From positions 30,008,001 through 30,072,000 of the forward strand of contig OX597821.1 in the NCBI GenBank assembly GCA_951406725.2: a stretch of 64,000 bases of DNA, in the 5' to 3' direction. Shown in pieces: positions 28,722 through 41,800 of the stretch (position 1 is its first letter; every line of letters begins with the position of its first letter). The translations under genes were made by a program, and so were the position numbers. The notes under the pieces are model-generated. The model saw only the letters and a list, made by a program, of their open reading frames with translations. It was not told the DNA's origin and made no database searches. This DNA comes from Octopus vulgaris. Its lineage: Eukaryota.

Positions 28722-29022
28722 CGCCCTTTTCAAGCCTAGCCAGTCTCATGGGCCCGGTTTCCCGGTTTCTGTGACCTATGTGTTCCCCCCAGCTGAACGG
28801 GACGCCAGTCTATCGCAGCGTTACTCAAGAAACAGGAAGACAGAGTGAGAGAATGTTGTGGAGAAAGAGTACAACAGGGGTTGCTACCACCCCCTGCCGG
28901 AGCATCGTGGAGCTTTTACGTGTTTTCTCTCAATAAACACACACAACGCCCGGTCTGGGAATCGAAACCGCGATCCCCTGACGGCGAGTCTGCTGCCCTA
29001 ACCAATGGGCCATTGCGCCTCC
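28722..29022 (-). mobile_element. Full-length tRNA-derived SINE (octopus OR-like family)
   Basis: Reverse complement starts GGAGGCGCAATGGCCCATTGGTTAGGGCAGCAGACTCGCCGTCAGGGGATCGCGGTTTCGATTCCC (A and B boxes). Tail ...CCCATGAGACTGGCTAGGCTTGAAAAGGGCG. Other copies at 36845, 43895 and 61049. Confidence 0.85.
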
Positions 29023-29519
29023 GCACTACTTAATGTAATTAACTGAAAACAACATATGAAGAGAGAAGATCTGGCTTTAAAATCAATTCACAGTCAATAA
29101 TATAACTGGCATTTATCTTATTGATCACACAATGACATAAAAGTAAAATCGAGCAAAACCGAAGGGAGTTGTGGGCAGAACATATCTAAAAGCTCTTGTG
29201 CTGATGTTACAACAACGCGTTTGCGAAAAAGCACCAAAACGCCTTCAAACTAGGGACGCCTTCAAACCAAGGACGCTGTAATTAACAAATCGTTAACAAG
29301 TTCCTCAACAGCTTGAAATCACCCTTCGGGCGTATGACATAATGGAACCAAATAAGCTTCTGTCCTGTTTAGCATTATCAGCATTATGACATGTGTTCGA
29401 TATGAAAAAGTTCCATACCCTGGCCTGCTCCTTAGAAAGAAGACAATATTTCAGTTAAATTAAAATACGAATATAAAACATCGATTTTTCTTGACAGCCA
29501 GTTTCACATTTTAGGCAAC

Positions 29520-29603
<84 letters not shown>

Positions 29604-30430
29604 AGCTCTACAGACACGGCTCGACAAACACGGGGCCGACCTGCCCGAGATGCGGTCAGAGCGACGAAACCGTTCTGCACGCACTCGTGCAGTGTCCAAC
29701 AATTTCCGACCTGTGGGCTTATGTCGAACAACTGCTGTCACGTGTGGGACGAGTCGGTTTATCAGCTGAGTCTATCGTCAATATTGTCACGCCTCCTTCC
29801 TTCAAACAGGAAGGAAGAGCTATTTTCATCATCTTTGTGTCTATGGCGAAAGAATGTATCTGGTGGACGCGTCTGAAAGGATTGGAGACAAACACTTTCC
29901 TCTCTGGTCAATCTCTCATCAACTTCAAGTTACACTTGAAAAGGAAAGTGAGAGTAGAGAGGCAAGTTTTGTCTAGCGAATGTTTTAAAAAAAGATGGGT
30001 GAATGTAGCAAGGATAGCACGTATGAATGACGAAGCCACCTTGAGCATAATCCTATGAACCCGGAAATTTAAAACAGAGGGTTACCCACTTGCAAACAAA
30101 TGTGGTAACCTGTAACATTGACCGAGGTTACCGTGGTCTTTTCCGTAGGCTTTTCTTCCCACGGATAAACCTTACTTGCTTCCCCCTTTACACCTTACAT
30201 CATGACACTGTGATAAACAATCCCTATTGATCATTTATCCCCTTTTTTTCTTTTTTCTTCTGTTTTCTTTTCTTTTATTTCTTTTCCTTTTTTCTTTTTT
30301 CTTCTTCTTTCCCTTTTACGATGCCTTTTGATCGAAAACCTACGCCACTTTTTTCCCCAGAAAAAGAAATGCTCTGCTTTGTAATCTGTTCCGTCTGTGT
30401 GCAGCCCTGTGTGGCTAATAAAGAAACATG
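29604..30430 (+). mobile_element. 5'-truncated Tx1-clade LINE 3' end (zf-RVT region + 3' UTR) within a (TCTA)n tract
   Basis: KLYRHG..GPTCPRCGQSDETVLHALVQCP...LWAYVEQ...AKECIWWTR...FKKRW (CCHC zf-RVT). Stop at 30058, T-rich UTR, AATAAA at ~30417. (TCTA)n lies at 29519-29603 and 30430-30528. Confidence 0.85.
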
Positions 30431-30529
<99 letters not shown>

Positions 30530-30655
30530 GTCTGTCTGTGTGTCTGTCTGTCTGTGTGTCTGTCTGTCTGTGTGTCGTTCTGTCTGTGTGTGTCTATGTG
30601 TCTGTGTGTCTGTCTGTGTGTATCTATGCCTGCCTACCTATTAGCAATGAAGCTC

Positions 30656-30773
<118 letters not shown>

Positions 30774-31953
30774 CAGAATGTGAGTGAATAGAGAGATACA
30801 CATACATATGTATTTTTGTGTAGATATAAGTAAATATGCAAAAATATATGTATATATGTATGTGCATTTGTTTATCTGTATCTATCTATCTGCGTTTCTA
30901 TATATCTATGTCACTTATCCATTTGTGCATAGTGTACGAAACAGTCTTCCACTCACCGTTCATTATTTAAAACTATTCACATCGTATGTTTCTGCCCTCA
31001 CGAAGCCGAAAAGGGATGGAATTTTCGCAAACATGACAGGAATTCCATTGCCTGATCTGGAAATTTTGCTTCTCAGAAATCAGGTGTAAAAAATAAAGGA
31101 AAGAATTAAACGAAGCATGTATATATATATTTGAAAATTCCTAACAGGTTGTAACAAGTAACGCGAAGGAATTTTTTCCGAAACAAAGAATAAAACGAAA
31201 GCTATAATCGGAAAAATTGGAAATGGGCATCACAGAATTCTTTTTACTTTGTCTAAATTTAACTAAACATACATTCTTGTTAAAGTATCTGATGGTTGTA
31301 TTACGGAAATTCTTAAGTCAAGAAAACTGATTTATCTTTCAAGCAGTGTCATGAAGTGTGTTTTCATGTGGGTATTCACCCTTAAGAAATAAGCTTTAGA
31401 GTCCATCTCGATGCAAACAGATATCCATACATAGGTACATACATACGTACATACATACATAAATATATGGATACATACATATATGCATACATACAGACAG
31501 AAAGACAGACAGACAGACAAAAAACAGACAGATATACAGAGATGCAAGCACGTATACGTACATACACACCAGATGCACTTATATATTTAAACATATATTC
31601 ATATATAATCTTCTGTAGTGTCCTCGTTTGGTTCTTTTTTGTGCATTAGATTTCCGAAATATACATACATAAATAGATACATATACATGTAGATGTATGC
31701 ATGCAATTTTATTAGAGGTGAAGCAAAAAGATTAAAACGCTAGTATAGTAATATATATATATATATATAAGTTATATTAGAGATAAAAGCACTATTAGGC
31801 AAAAAACAGTGAAAAACATGAACCAATGCATAAAAATAAATATAATTTAATATAATATACAAAATATATAAAATATAAAATTTAAATTAAAAATTTTTAA
31901 CTTATAATATTTATATATATATATAATATTATTATATATAATATATAATATAT

Positions 31954-32043
<90 letters not shown>

Positions 32044-32068
32044 ATGAAAAGGAAGACACGAGTTGATA

Positions 32069-32443
32069 TATATGAAAAAATAAGTCAAAATAGAAAATGC
32101 TAAAATAATTTTATAAAGAATATTCCAGTACCGGTTTCAGTCATTTTGAGACCTTTTCAACTGTAACGATTAAATAATTAAATTTAGAAAAATTAAAAGA
32201 AAAGTTTTTTAAAGGAATATTTGTATAGTGTTCAAATATAAGTGGCATTTTCCTTGTTTCTGCCTTTCTCTGTCTCTCTTGTTTACACTTGTGGGTTTAA
32301 AAAAAAACTTTTCTTTTAATTTTTCTAAATTTAATTATTTAATCGTTACAGTTGAAAAGGTCTCAAAATGACTGAAACTGGTACTGAAATATTCTTTATA
32401 AAATTATTTTAGCATTTTCTATTTTGACTTATTTTTTTCATAT
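32069..32443. repeat. Near-perfect inverted repeat (~145-bp arms, ~85-bp spacer); each arm carries a minimal hammerhead-like motif
   Basis: 32069-32212 is the reverse complement of ~32298-32443 with very few mismatches. Flanked by (TA)n. Confidence 0.9.
32349..32386 (+). ncRNA. Minimal type I hammerhead-like motif, U3:A8 variant (mirror copy on - strand at 32126-32163)
   Basis: CAG-TTGAAAA-GGTC-tcaaaat-GACT-GAAA-C(T/C)GG-TA-CTG: 3-bp stem I, UUGANAA core, 4-bp stem II, palindromic stem III (ACCGGT in the minus copy) and GUA triplet. Confidence 0.55.
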
Positions 32444-32849
32444 ATATATATGTATGTATGTATATATTACATGTAAGAATACTTCTACGTACATAGTTAT
32501 ATATACGCTCCCTCATACACACATACTCTTTCCCCTTCTCTCTCTCACATACACATGCACACAAACATATATAACTACTACTACTACATCCAGAATTTTC
32601 CATCATTCTCTCCATATCTCTAGAAAGCGTTTCCGAACATTTTTCTTGTACTCTTGATACACAGATGCGCCTTTGAAATATATTCCACGTGTTAGGAAGC
32701 TTCAACATAAGAATTATTATATATATATATCTTTATTCCTTTTCTTACATTAATTGAAAATTCACAACACACGTTAAACAAGTAATAAAACTGACTTTGA
32801 AAATTTACAGGGTTTAATTCATCAAGTGCCGCAAAAGATCCTACTTGAC

Positions 32850-34731
32850 TAACTCAAAGATTAAAGTCGGTGATCAGGATGAACATTGGGCCCGCACAAT
32901 ATATGTAAACCTTATGTTGAAAATCTGCGCCAATGGACAAAGGGCACAAGGAAACAACTAACATTCGGTATTTCTATGATATGATGAGAGCCAAAGAACC
33001 AAACAACCATATAAATGATTGCTACTTTTGTCTCACAAAGACTTCTGGTTATAGCAAGAAAACGTGACAGAAAATAAGTTATCCAAATCTGGATTCAGCA
33101 ATTCTTCCGGTGCTTCACTTCGATGGAGTACCAGTACCCGTTTTCAAGGATCTACCTTCACTGCAAGGTGAAAGTGATATATGTGAAGTAGATGTAAATC
33201 ATGAATATGATAGTGTTCAGACTTTGTAGAAACATCAACCAAAGAACATGAAAACTTCAACCAGGCGAACTTAATGATTTAGTTAGAGACCTAGGACTGT
33301 CAAAAGAGTTATCAGAACTGTTAGTTTCTAGGCTTAAAGAGAAGAATTTGTTGCAGAAAGAAACAAATGTCAATCTTTTACCGGAACAAGGAAAACGGTC
33401 TCTTGGCATTCTTTACAATTGAAAAAGATTTTGTTTACTGTTGTGACGTGGTAGGACTGTTAAGCGTGATGGGTGTTGAACAGAATGATCCTAGTGAATT
33501 GAGACTCATTATAGATAGTTCAAAGAAGAGTCTAAAATGTGTAATGCTCTATAATGGAAATTTGTTTGATGCGGTTCCTATTGGTCACTTTGTACACTTA
33601 AAAGAGAATTATGATCACGTAAAAGTTGTATTAGATTTATTTAAGTATGATGAACACAAATGGGTCATATGTGTGGATCTTAAAATGGTCAACTTTTTAC
33701 TTAGCCAACAAGGAGGGTATACAAAATATCCGTGTTCCTTGTGTTTATGAGATAGCCAAGCGTGAGACAAACATTGGGAACAGAAACTCTGGCCAGTTAG
33801 GAAAAAAATGACTGTTGAGGAGAAGAATATCATACACCAAGCACTTGTTGAGCGAGAGAAAAGCATCTTTCTGCCCCTTCATATTAGGACTAATGAAGTA
33901 GTTTGTCAAAGCTCTTAATGTGGAAGGTAACTGTTTCAAATTCATATATACATTTTCTGGCATAAGTTATGATATAATAATGGCTTGTGTTTTTGATGGG
34001 CCATAAATTAGAAAGTTAACGAAATGCCAGAATTTCTCAGGCTCAATGGCTGACATAGCGAAAAGAGCATGGGATTCATTTGTGACTGTTGTGAAAGGAT
34101 TCTGTGGGAGTGAAAATGCTGTAAACTACAAGAATTTGGTGGAGACATTAGTTGATAGCTTTTATTTTTTAGGATGAAACATGTACATAAAGCTTCATTT
34201 CCTTAATAGCCATCTCTATGAAGTTCCTGCTAATCTCGTAGACGTGACCGATGAGCACGGTGAGCGTTTTCATCAAGCAATCAAGTTTATGGAGGAGAGA
34301 TATCAAGGCTGATGGAATACACACATGACGGTAGACTACTCTCGGAGTATTGAAAGAGACTGTGCAGACATGAAAGTCTCCAGATGCTCTCACAAGTGGA
34401 AATTTGTTCCGTGAATAGGAAGGTATGTGTATGAGGATTTGTGTTTTATCCATCATATTTAAAAATTCACAGTAGGTATTTAGTAAAAGGTGACGCTATC
34501 TTACATTTCGTATTCTATTAACATTATAACTTATGGTCTGAAACTATAAGACTTAGTGAATTATCCTGACGAGGTTAATTATTTACACAGTACATCATAA
34601 AACAGGGGTATGCTATACAATGGAAATCTGATGTATTAGGGGGAAATTACTGTTATATTTGAAATCAGCAACTTAAAATTAACTAAAATCAACCACAAAA
34701 CCGAAGTCAGCAAAATGTGTGTTGACCAGTG
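32850..34731 (+). mobile_element. Chapaev3 (CMC superfamily) transposon relic, 5' truncated
   Basis: GDQDE.WAPH.IC, DCYFCL, YPNLDSAI, LNDLVRDLGLSKE.SELL.SRLKE, RLIIDSSKKSLKCV, WVICVDLKMVNFLL.QQGGYTKYPC.LC, LH..LGLMK.FVK, KLHFL.SHL, DEHGERFHQ. Ends in ...GTTGACCAGTG (34731), matching the CACTG terminus. Confidence 0.85.
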
Positions 34732-35287
34732 ATATATAGACCTCAGTGCTCAACGGGCAGTTATTTTATTAACCCCAGAAGACTAAAAAGCAGTTGACTT
34801 TTGTCAGAAGAGTACTGAGTTGGAACAAATGGTAGCGAACATTGTTGTCCAACATCCTAAAAAGTCTACCAGCTTAACGCCTTTTGTTTGCGCATAACGA
34901 AAATAGAAATATGAAATTATGCACGAAAATGTCAACAAAAATGTATTTACATAAAATTGATCTTCTCGCGGAACCTCTAGCCACCTGAGAGGGAAGTGTA
35001 AGATTCTGGGGAGTGCCGGTTAGGAAACGCCGATCGAGATAAATAGCGTTTAATCGCACTTTGCGTTGTCTTACTACGCTTTCTTTTACTTCTTCCAACA
35101 GATACACTTTTTAATAGAAAACAAAGCTATGGAAATACTTCTCTATAGCTTTCCAAGCAAGACAGATAGAGGTATATATATGTATGTATGTACGTATGTA
35201 TGTATGTGTGTATGTATGTATGTATGTATGTATGTATTTATGTATGTATGTATGTATGTATGTATGTATGAATGTATGTATGCATGT

Positions 35288-35336
<49 letters not shown>

Positions 35337-35397
35337 GATAGATAGATAGATACGCACTAGCTTATATTCTCATGTATGTATGCAAGTATGTATGTAT

Positions 35398-35446
<49 letters not shown>

Positions 35447-35458
35447 GATAGATAAATG

Positions 35459-35546
<88 letters not shown>

Positions 35547-36193
35547 CACACTAGCTTATAGTCTCATATCTATTTTCCCCTTTTCTGATCTTTATATTCA
35601 GCTTACAATGTCTTTAATGTACTGGGTTCACATATATTTGTATTTACTTTTTTCTGTTCGTTCTTTTCTCAATATTCTTCATACCAACACTTGACTGTTA
35701 TCACCAATCTATCAAATTTTCCAGACAGGGTCGACAATATGCCTTAGTTAATATATCAAACCAGACTTTATCCCTACTAAATCTATATTTCTGCCAAAGC
35801 TGTATCTTATCTAACTTATCTATAAACAACATATATAATATGTAACGAAAGCAGCACGAGGATATATCAAAAACCGTATTTCAAAACATATTGATTATAA
35901 ACAAACTACAAAGATAAAAGCTACAGTTTTATTTTTTTATTATCTCTTAAGTAGGACACGCCAAACAAAATATATTCCACGTCAAGCTAATTCACTTTCA
36001 TTGGTAGTTAAAAGCAAGCGATTGGTCTTTTAATATCTATAATCAGTCCAGTTATTAGATAAAAAGAAAACAATTAGAAGTAAGCAATTTCTTCGAAAAA
36101 GAATTATCATTGTCACGACTGGTAGAAATGTGATACCTTAGTTTTTCCAAATTGTTACGCTCGTGTATAGTACGCTATTATTACTTGCTATCG

Positions 36194-36568
36194 TTTCAAA
36201 TTCTGCCAAGCTCGACTTTGCCTTTCATCCTTTCGGGGTCGCTAAAATAAGTACCAGTTTAACACTGGGGTCGATGTAATCGACTCATCCCCTCCCCGAA
36301 AATTGCTACCCTTATGGAAAAATTTGAAACCATTATTACTTAACATCGCAAGGCGACGAACTGGCAGAATCGTTAGTACACCGGACAAAATGCTTTGCAG
36401 CATTTCGTCTGTGTTTACATTCTGAGTTCAAATTCTCCCGATGTCAATTTTGCCATTCATCCTTTTGAGATTGATAAACTAAGTACTAGTTGATTACTGG
36501 AGTCGATGTTATCGACTATCCCGCTCTCACCTAGATTTCAGGCCTTGTACTGATAGTAGAAATGATTA
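36194..36568 (+). mobile_element. Two tandem Meta-domain-like SINE copies (36194-36335 partial; 36352-36568 full)
   Basis: GGCGACGAACTGGCAGAATCGTTAG (A box), GAGTTCAAATTC (B box) and GACTTTGCCTTTCATCCTTTCGGGGTCG.TAAAATAAGTACCAG core. Confidence 0.8.
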
Positions 36569-36844
36569 TGACTTTCGTAGTTGATAATTCTAGATTTGTT
36601 TATTATTTTGGCAATACAATAACTAGTTGTTTCATGTCTAAACAGGTTATCACTTCTCATATATTATCGGATTTAGACTTGCTGAAGTTTTAAGCTGCAT
36701 TGAATTTAGAGACCAAATATTTTTTTTTAAATACATCAGAATTTGCTCTCAAATATTAGTCATTTTGAAGTTAATGTCGATTGTGATACTTGGTTAGCGG
36801 CTTTCCCTAGCTTAAGGTTAAATTAAGTATTTAAAAAAATTTTT

Positions 36845-37399
36845 ATGCGCCCTTTTCAAGCCTAGCTAGGCTCATTAGCTCGGTTTCCCAGTTTCTATGG
36901 CGTATGTGTTCCTCACATCTGGACGGGACGCCAGTCCGTCGCAGCGTTACTCAGGAAACAGGAAGAAAGAGTGAGAGAAAGTTGGGTCGGAAAAGTACAA
37001 CAGAGGTTGCCACCACTCCCTGCCGGAGCCTCGTGGAGCTTTAGGTGTTTTTGCTCAATAAACACACACAACGTCCGGTCTGAGAATCGAAACCGCGATC
37101 CTCTGACCGCGAGTCCGCTGCCCAAACCACTGAGCCATTGCGCCTCCAAATAAATGCGCCCTTTTAAAACCTAGCCAGGCTCATGGGCCCGGTTTCTCGG
37201 TTTCAATGACATATGTGTTCCCCAGCTGGACGGGACGCCAGTCCATCGCAGCGTTACTCATTTTTGCCTGTTGAGTGGACTGGAGCAACGTGAAATGAAG
37301 TGTTTTGCTCAAGAACACAGCGCGTCGCCCGGTCCATGAATCCAAACCACAATCTTACGATCATGATGCTGACACCCTAACCACTAAACCACCGCCTCC
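36845..37399 (-). mobile_element. Two head-to-tail tRNA-derived SINEs with a shared 3' tail (36845-37147 and 37154-37399)
   Basis: Both start GGAGGCG..TGG.T.AGTGGTT and end in ...GAGCCT(A/G)GCTAGG.TT.AAAAGGGCGCAT. Middle regions differ; the second carries a CORE-like TTGAGCAAAACACTTCATTTCAC. Confidence 0.85.
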
Positions 37400-38871
37400 A
37401 CAAATTAGGTGCTGCTCACCCATATTTAACCGAAGTTTTAGAGCCCTGACTTTGCTACAACAGTTTTCTTAATGTAAATTTAGCACACCAATATTTGACA
37501 CTCACAACAATATTGAGCTTTCCTACAAATTTAACTGTCGACCGATCTTCTTCATGTGCCATGCCTTTATGTAATGAGTGACCTCCAGTCCCATCTATCT
37601 CACATACTACGGAATATGTTATTTGGTCGATTTTCCAGATGGCAGATAAGAACATGAACAATTCTTTCTCTCTCTATCTCTCCCTCTCCCCTTCTCTCTC
37701 TCTGTCTTTTTTTAGGACGTTTCTTTTTAGTTTCCCAGTTGCCACCAAGTATACCCAACACTGTTTGTTTCTGTATTTGGTTTCAATGAACTGAGTCTGT
37801 TGTCTCTTTATGCAGTTAGGAATCTTTCTGTTGGTCTTTACTCGTCTAAATACTTCGATGTTTCACATTCAGTCTGCATATGATAACTTTGCTATTTGTC
37901 TCAGGAGCCACATTTCTGCATTAGTATCAAATACCTTCTAAACGATCCTTTAATGATTCCTCGATACCTATTTTCAAAACACTACACGCTTCTCTTCCGT
38001 CTAATTATACCGCAATTTTCTGTTTATATCAGTCCCAACCGCAAAACATCATTACAAAATATAACTCACTGGCTCTACAGCTGTATAACCGACTTCGTAC
38101 ATATAAAGGCTTTTTAAAAAAAAATTTTAACTCACATGAACTTATAACAATTTATACGAAAATAATACACCATTATGAATAGGCTTTCCTACGATTTTAA
38201 AATTCATTTACCTCCTCTAATGGTTTATTTATCAAGCAAAATAAAATTTTCTGTTAAAAAAAATACAAATATACGGTATAAACATTACGTATTAAAGCTT
38301 TACGAAAATAACATTTTAATCATGAAAAAAATCGATATTTATTATAGACGTACACATAATTAAATAGTATTCAAAAACTCAGGCATTTTATTATTATAAA
38401 TTACAAGGATTTCAATGTTCTGATCGATTATAACTATTAAAATAACCCATAAAACATACAGCAATGCATCCCAATTACTGAAAATAATCACACCCACTCG
38501 CCCACAGGTGGCAGCTACTTCGCTTTAATACAGCGGTTGTTTCTGTATTACGCCCCCGCTTGTTCAGCTCCTCTTTCGCTATCATTCCAGTAAACTATCC
38601 TCCTCCTGCTGCCAAGTATGTCTTCTTTGCCAATGCTTTACCCTGTCTTCTTTAAGTGACCTTTACAGATATATCCTCGCATCCGTACCGATACAGTGTG
38701 AGAAAACTGTTTCATGTAGGCATTTTATTTAAACTTTAGTGTGTATGTATGTATATATATATATATATATATATACATACATACATATATACAGACTGAC
38801 ATCCATCCATGCATACATACGTACATGTATGTATATGTATATATATATGTATATATATATATATATATATA

Positions 38872-41800
38872 TAAATGTTTTTTTAATTTTCTCCTGGTTT
38901 GCGGAATTGATGTTATTTTGCGGTTGAAGCTTTGGCTGTTATTTCTAGTGGGTGAATGGCCTATTATGGCCATTCCTTGATTGTGATGTTGAACTTATAA
39001 ATGGTCTATGACTATTTAATTTTTTGCCACTAGGCCGCTGGTGGCAAATAAATTCTACGAAATTTTTTGCCACCCTATATTGATTAATTATGAATTTTCT
39101 GGTTAATTCCGTAATGGAATCGGCGGCATATATTTGCTGCCGATAAATTTGGCGCGAGTGCGAGGATTTGAAAATTTTAGGTCAGATATTGCCGAGGCAG
39201 GGATAGAGATGCCTCGTGATAATATCTGCTCGGATCTTGGCTGTTTCTTACTGATGAATCTATCGGCCTATGGAAGGTTGGCTTGATTTAATTTAATCAG
39301 GTCAGTTTACCATTAAACAATAGATGAAACGGTGCATCGTATAAGAAATTACAGGGTAAATGTTTTTTTAATTTTCTCCTGGTTTGCGGAATTGATGTTA
39401 TTTTGCGGTTGAAGCTTTGGCTGTTATTTCTAGTGGGTGAATGGCCTATTATGGCCATTCCTTGATTGTGATGTTGAACTTATAAATGGTCTATGACTAT
39501 TTAATTTTTTGCCACTAGGCCGCTGGTGGCAAATAAATTCTACGAAATTTTTTGCCACCCTATATTGATTAATTATGAATTTTCTGGTTAATTCCGTAAT
39601 GGAATCGGCGGCATATATTTGCTGCCGATAAATTTGGCGCGAGTGCGAGGATTTGAAAATTTTAGGTCAGATATTGCCGAGGCAGGGATAGAGATGCCTC
39701 GTGATAATATCTGCTCGGATCTTGGCTGTTTCTTACTGATGAATCTATCGGCCTATGGAAGATTGGCTTGATTTAATTTAATCAGGTTAGTTTACCATTA
39801 AACAATAGTTGAAACGGTGCATCGTATAAGAAATTACAGGGTAAATGTTTTTTTAATTTTCTCCTGGTTTGCGGAATTGATGTTATTTTGCGGTTGAAGC
39901 TTTGGCTGTTATTTCTAGTGGGTGAATGGCCTATTATGGCCATTCCTTGATTGTGATGTTGAACTTATAAATGGTCTATGACTATTTAATTTTTTGCCAC
40001 TAGGCCGCTGGTGGCAAATAAATTCTACGAAATTTTTGCCACCCTATATTGATTAATTATGAATTTTCTGGTTAATTCCGTAATGGAATCGGCGGCATAT
40101 ATTTGCTGCCGATAAATTTGGCGCGAGTGCGAGGATTTGAAAATTTTAGGTCAGATATTGCCGAGGCAGGGATAGAGATGCCTCGTGATAATATCTGCTC
40201 GGATCTTGGCTGTTTCTTACTGATGAATCTATCGGCCTATGGAAGATTGGCTTGATTTAATTTAATCAGGTCAGTTTACCATTAAACAATAGATGAAACG
40301 GTGCATCGTATAAGAAATTACAGGGTAAATGTTTTTTTAATTTTCTCCTGGTTTGCGGAATTGATGTTATTTTGCGGTTGAAGCTTTGGCTGTTATTTCT
40401 AGTGGGTGAATGGCCTATTATGGCCATTCCTTGATTGTGATGTTGAACTTATAAATGGTCTATGACTATTTAATTTTTTGCCACTAGGCCGCTGGTGGCA
40501 AATAAATTCTACGAAATTTTTTGCCACCCTATATTGATTAATTATGAATTTTCTGGTTAATTCCGTAATGGAATCGGCGGCATATATTTGCTGCCGATAA
40601 ATTTGGCGCGAGTGCGAGGATTTGAAAATTTTAGGTCAGATATTGCCGAGGCAGGGATAGAGATGCCTCGTGATAATATCTGCTCGGATCTTGGCTGTTT
40701 CTTACTGATGAATCTATCGGCCTATGGAAGATTGGCTTGATTTAATTTAATCAGGTCAGTTTACCATTAAACAATAGATGAAACGGTGCATCGTATAAGA
40801 AATTACAGGGTAAATGTTTTTTTAATTTTCTCCTGGTTTGCGGAATTGATGTTATTTTGCGGTTGAAGCTTTGGCTGTTATTTCTAGTGGGTGAATGGCC
40901 TATTATGGCCATTCCTTGATTGTGATGTTGAACTTATAAATGGTCTATGACTATTTAATTTTTTGCCACTAGGCCGCTGGTGGCAAATAAATTCTACGAA
41001 ATTTTTTGCCACCCTATATTGATTAATTATGAATTTTCTGGTTAATTCCGTAATGGAATCGGCGGCATATATTTGCTGCCGATAAATTTGGCGCGAGTGC
41101 GAGGATTTGAAAATTTTAGGTCAGATATTGCCGAGGCAGGGATAGAGATGCCTCGTGATAATATCTGCTCGGATCTTGGCTGTTTCTTACTGATGAATCT
41201 ATCGGCCTATGGAAGGTTGGCTTGATTTAATTTAATCAGGTCAGTTTACCATTAAACAATAGATGAAACGGTGCATCGTATAAGAAATTACAGGGTAAAT
41301 GTTTTTTTAATTTTCTCCTGGTTTGCGGAATTGATGTTATTTTGCGGTTGAAGCTTTGGCTGTTATTTCTAGTGGGTGAATGGCCTATTATGGCCATTCC
41401 TTGATTGTGATGTTGAACTTATAAATGGTCTATGACTATTTAATTTTTTGCCACTAGGCCGCTGGTGGCAAATAAATTCTACGAAATTTTTTGCCACCCT
41501 ATATTGATTAATTATGAATTTTCTGGTTAATTCCGTAATGGAATCGGCGGCATATATTTGCTGCCGATAAATTTGGCGCGAGTGCGAGGATTTGAAAATT
41601 TTAGGTCAGATATTGCCGAGGCAGGGATAGAGATGCCTCGTGATAATATCTGCTCGGATCTTGGCTGTTTCTTACTGATGAATCTATCGGCCTATGGAAG
41701 ATTGGCTTGATTTAATTTAATCAGGTTAGTTTACCATTAAACAATAGTTGAAACGGTGCATCGTATAAGAAATTACAGGGTAAATGTTTTTTTAATTTTC

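Noticed and set aside
28950-29022. tRNA genes at SINE heads (also 37080-37147, 51240-51309, 61280-61348)
   Set aside because: A/B boxes run into shared SINE bodies and tails, and no proper acceptor stem forms.
30950-31060. Possible minus-strand exon with a strong CG|GTGAGT donor
   Set aside because: All three frames contain stops, and no partner exons were found.
38499-38516. CTCF-like motif CCCACAGGTGGCAG upstream of the array
   Set aside because: Two mismatches to the core consensus; expected by chance in 64 kb.
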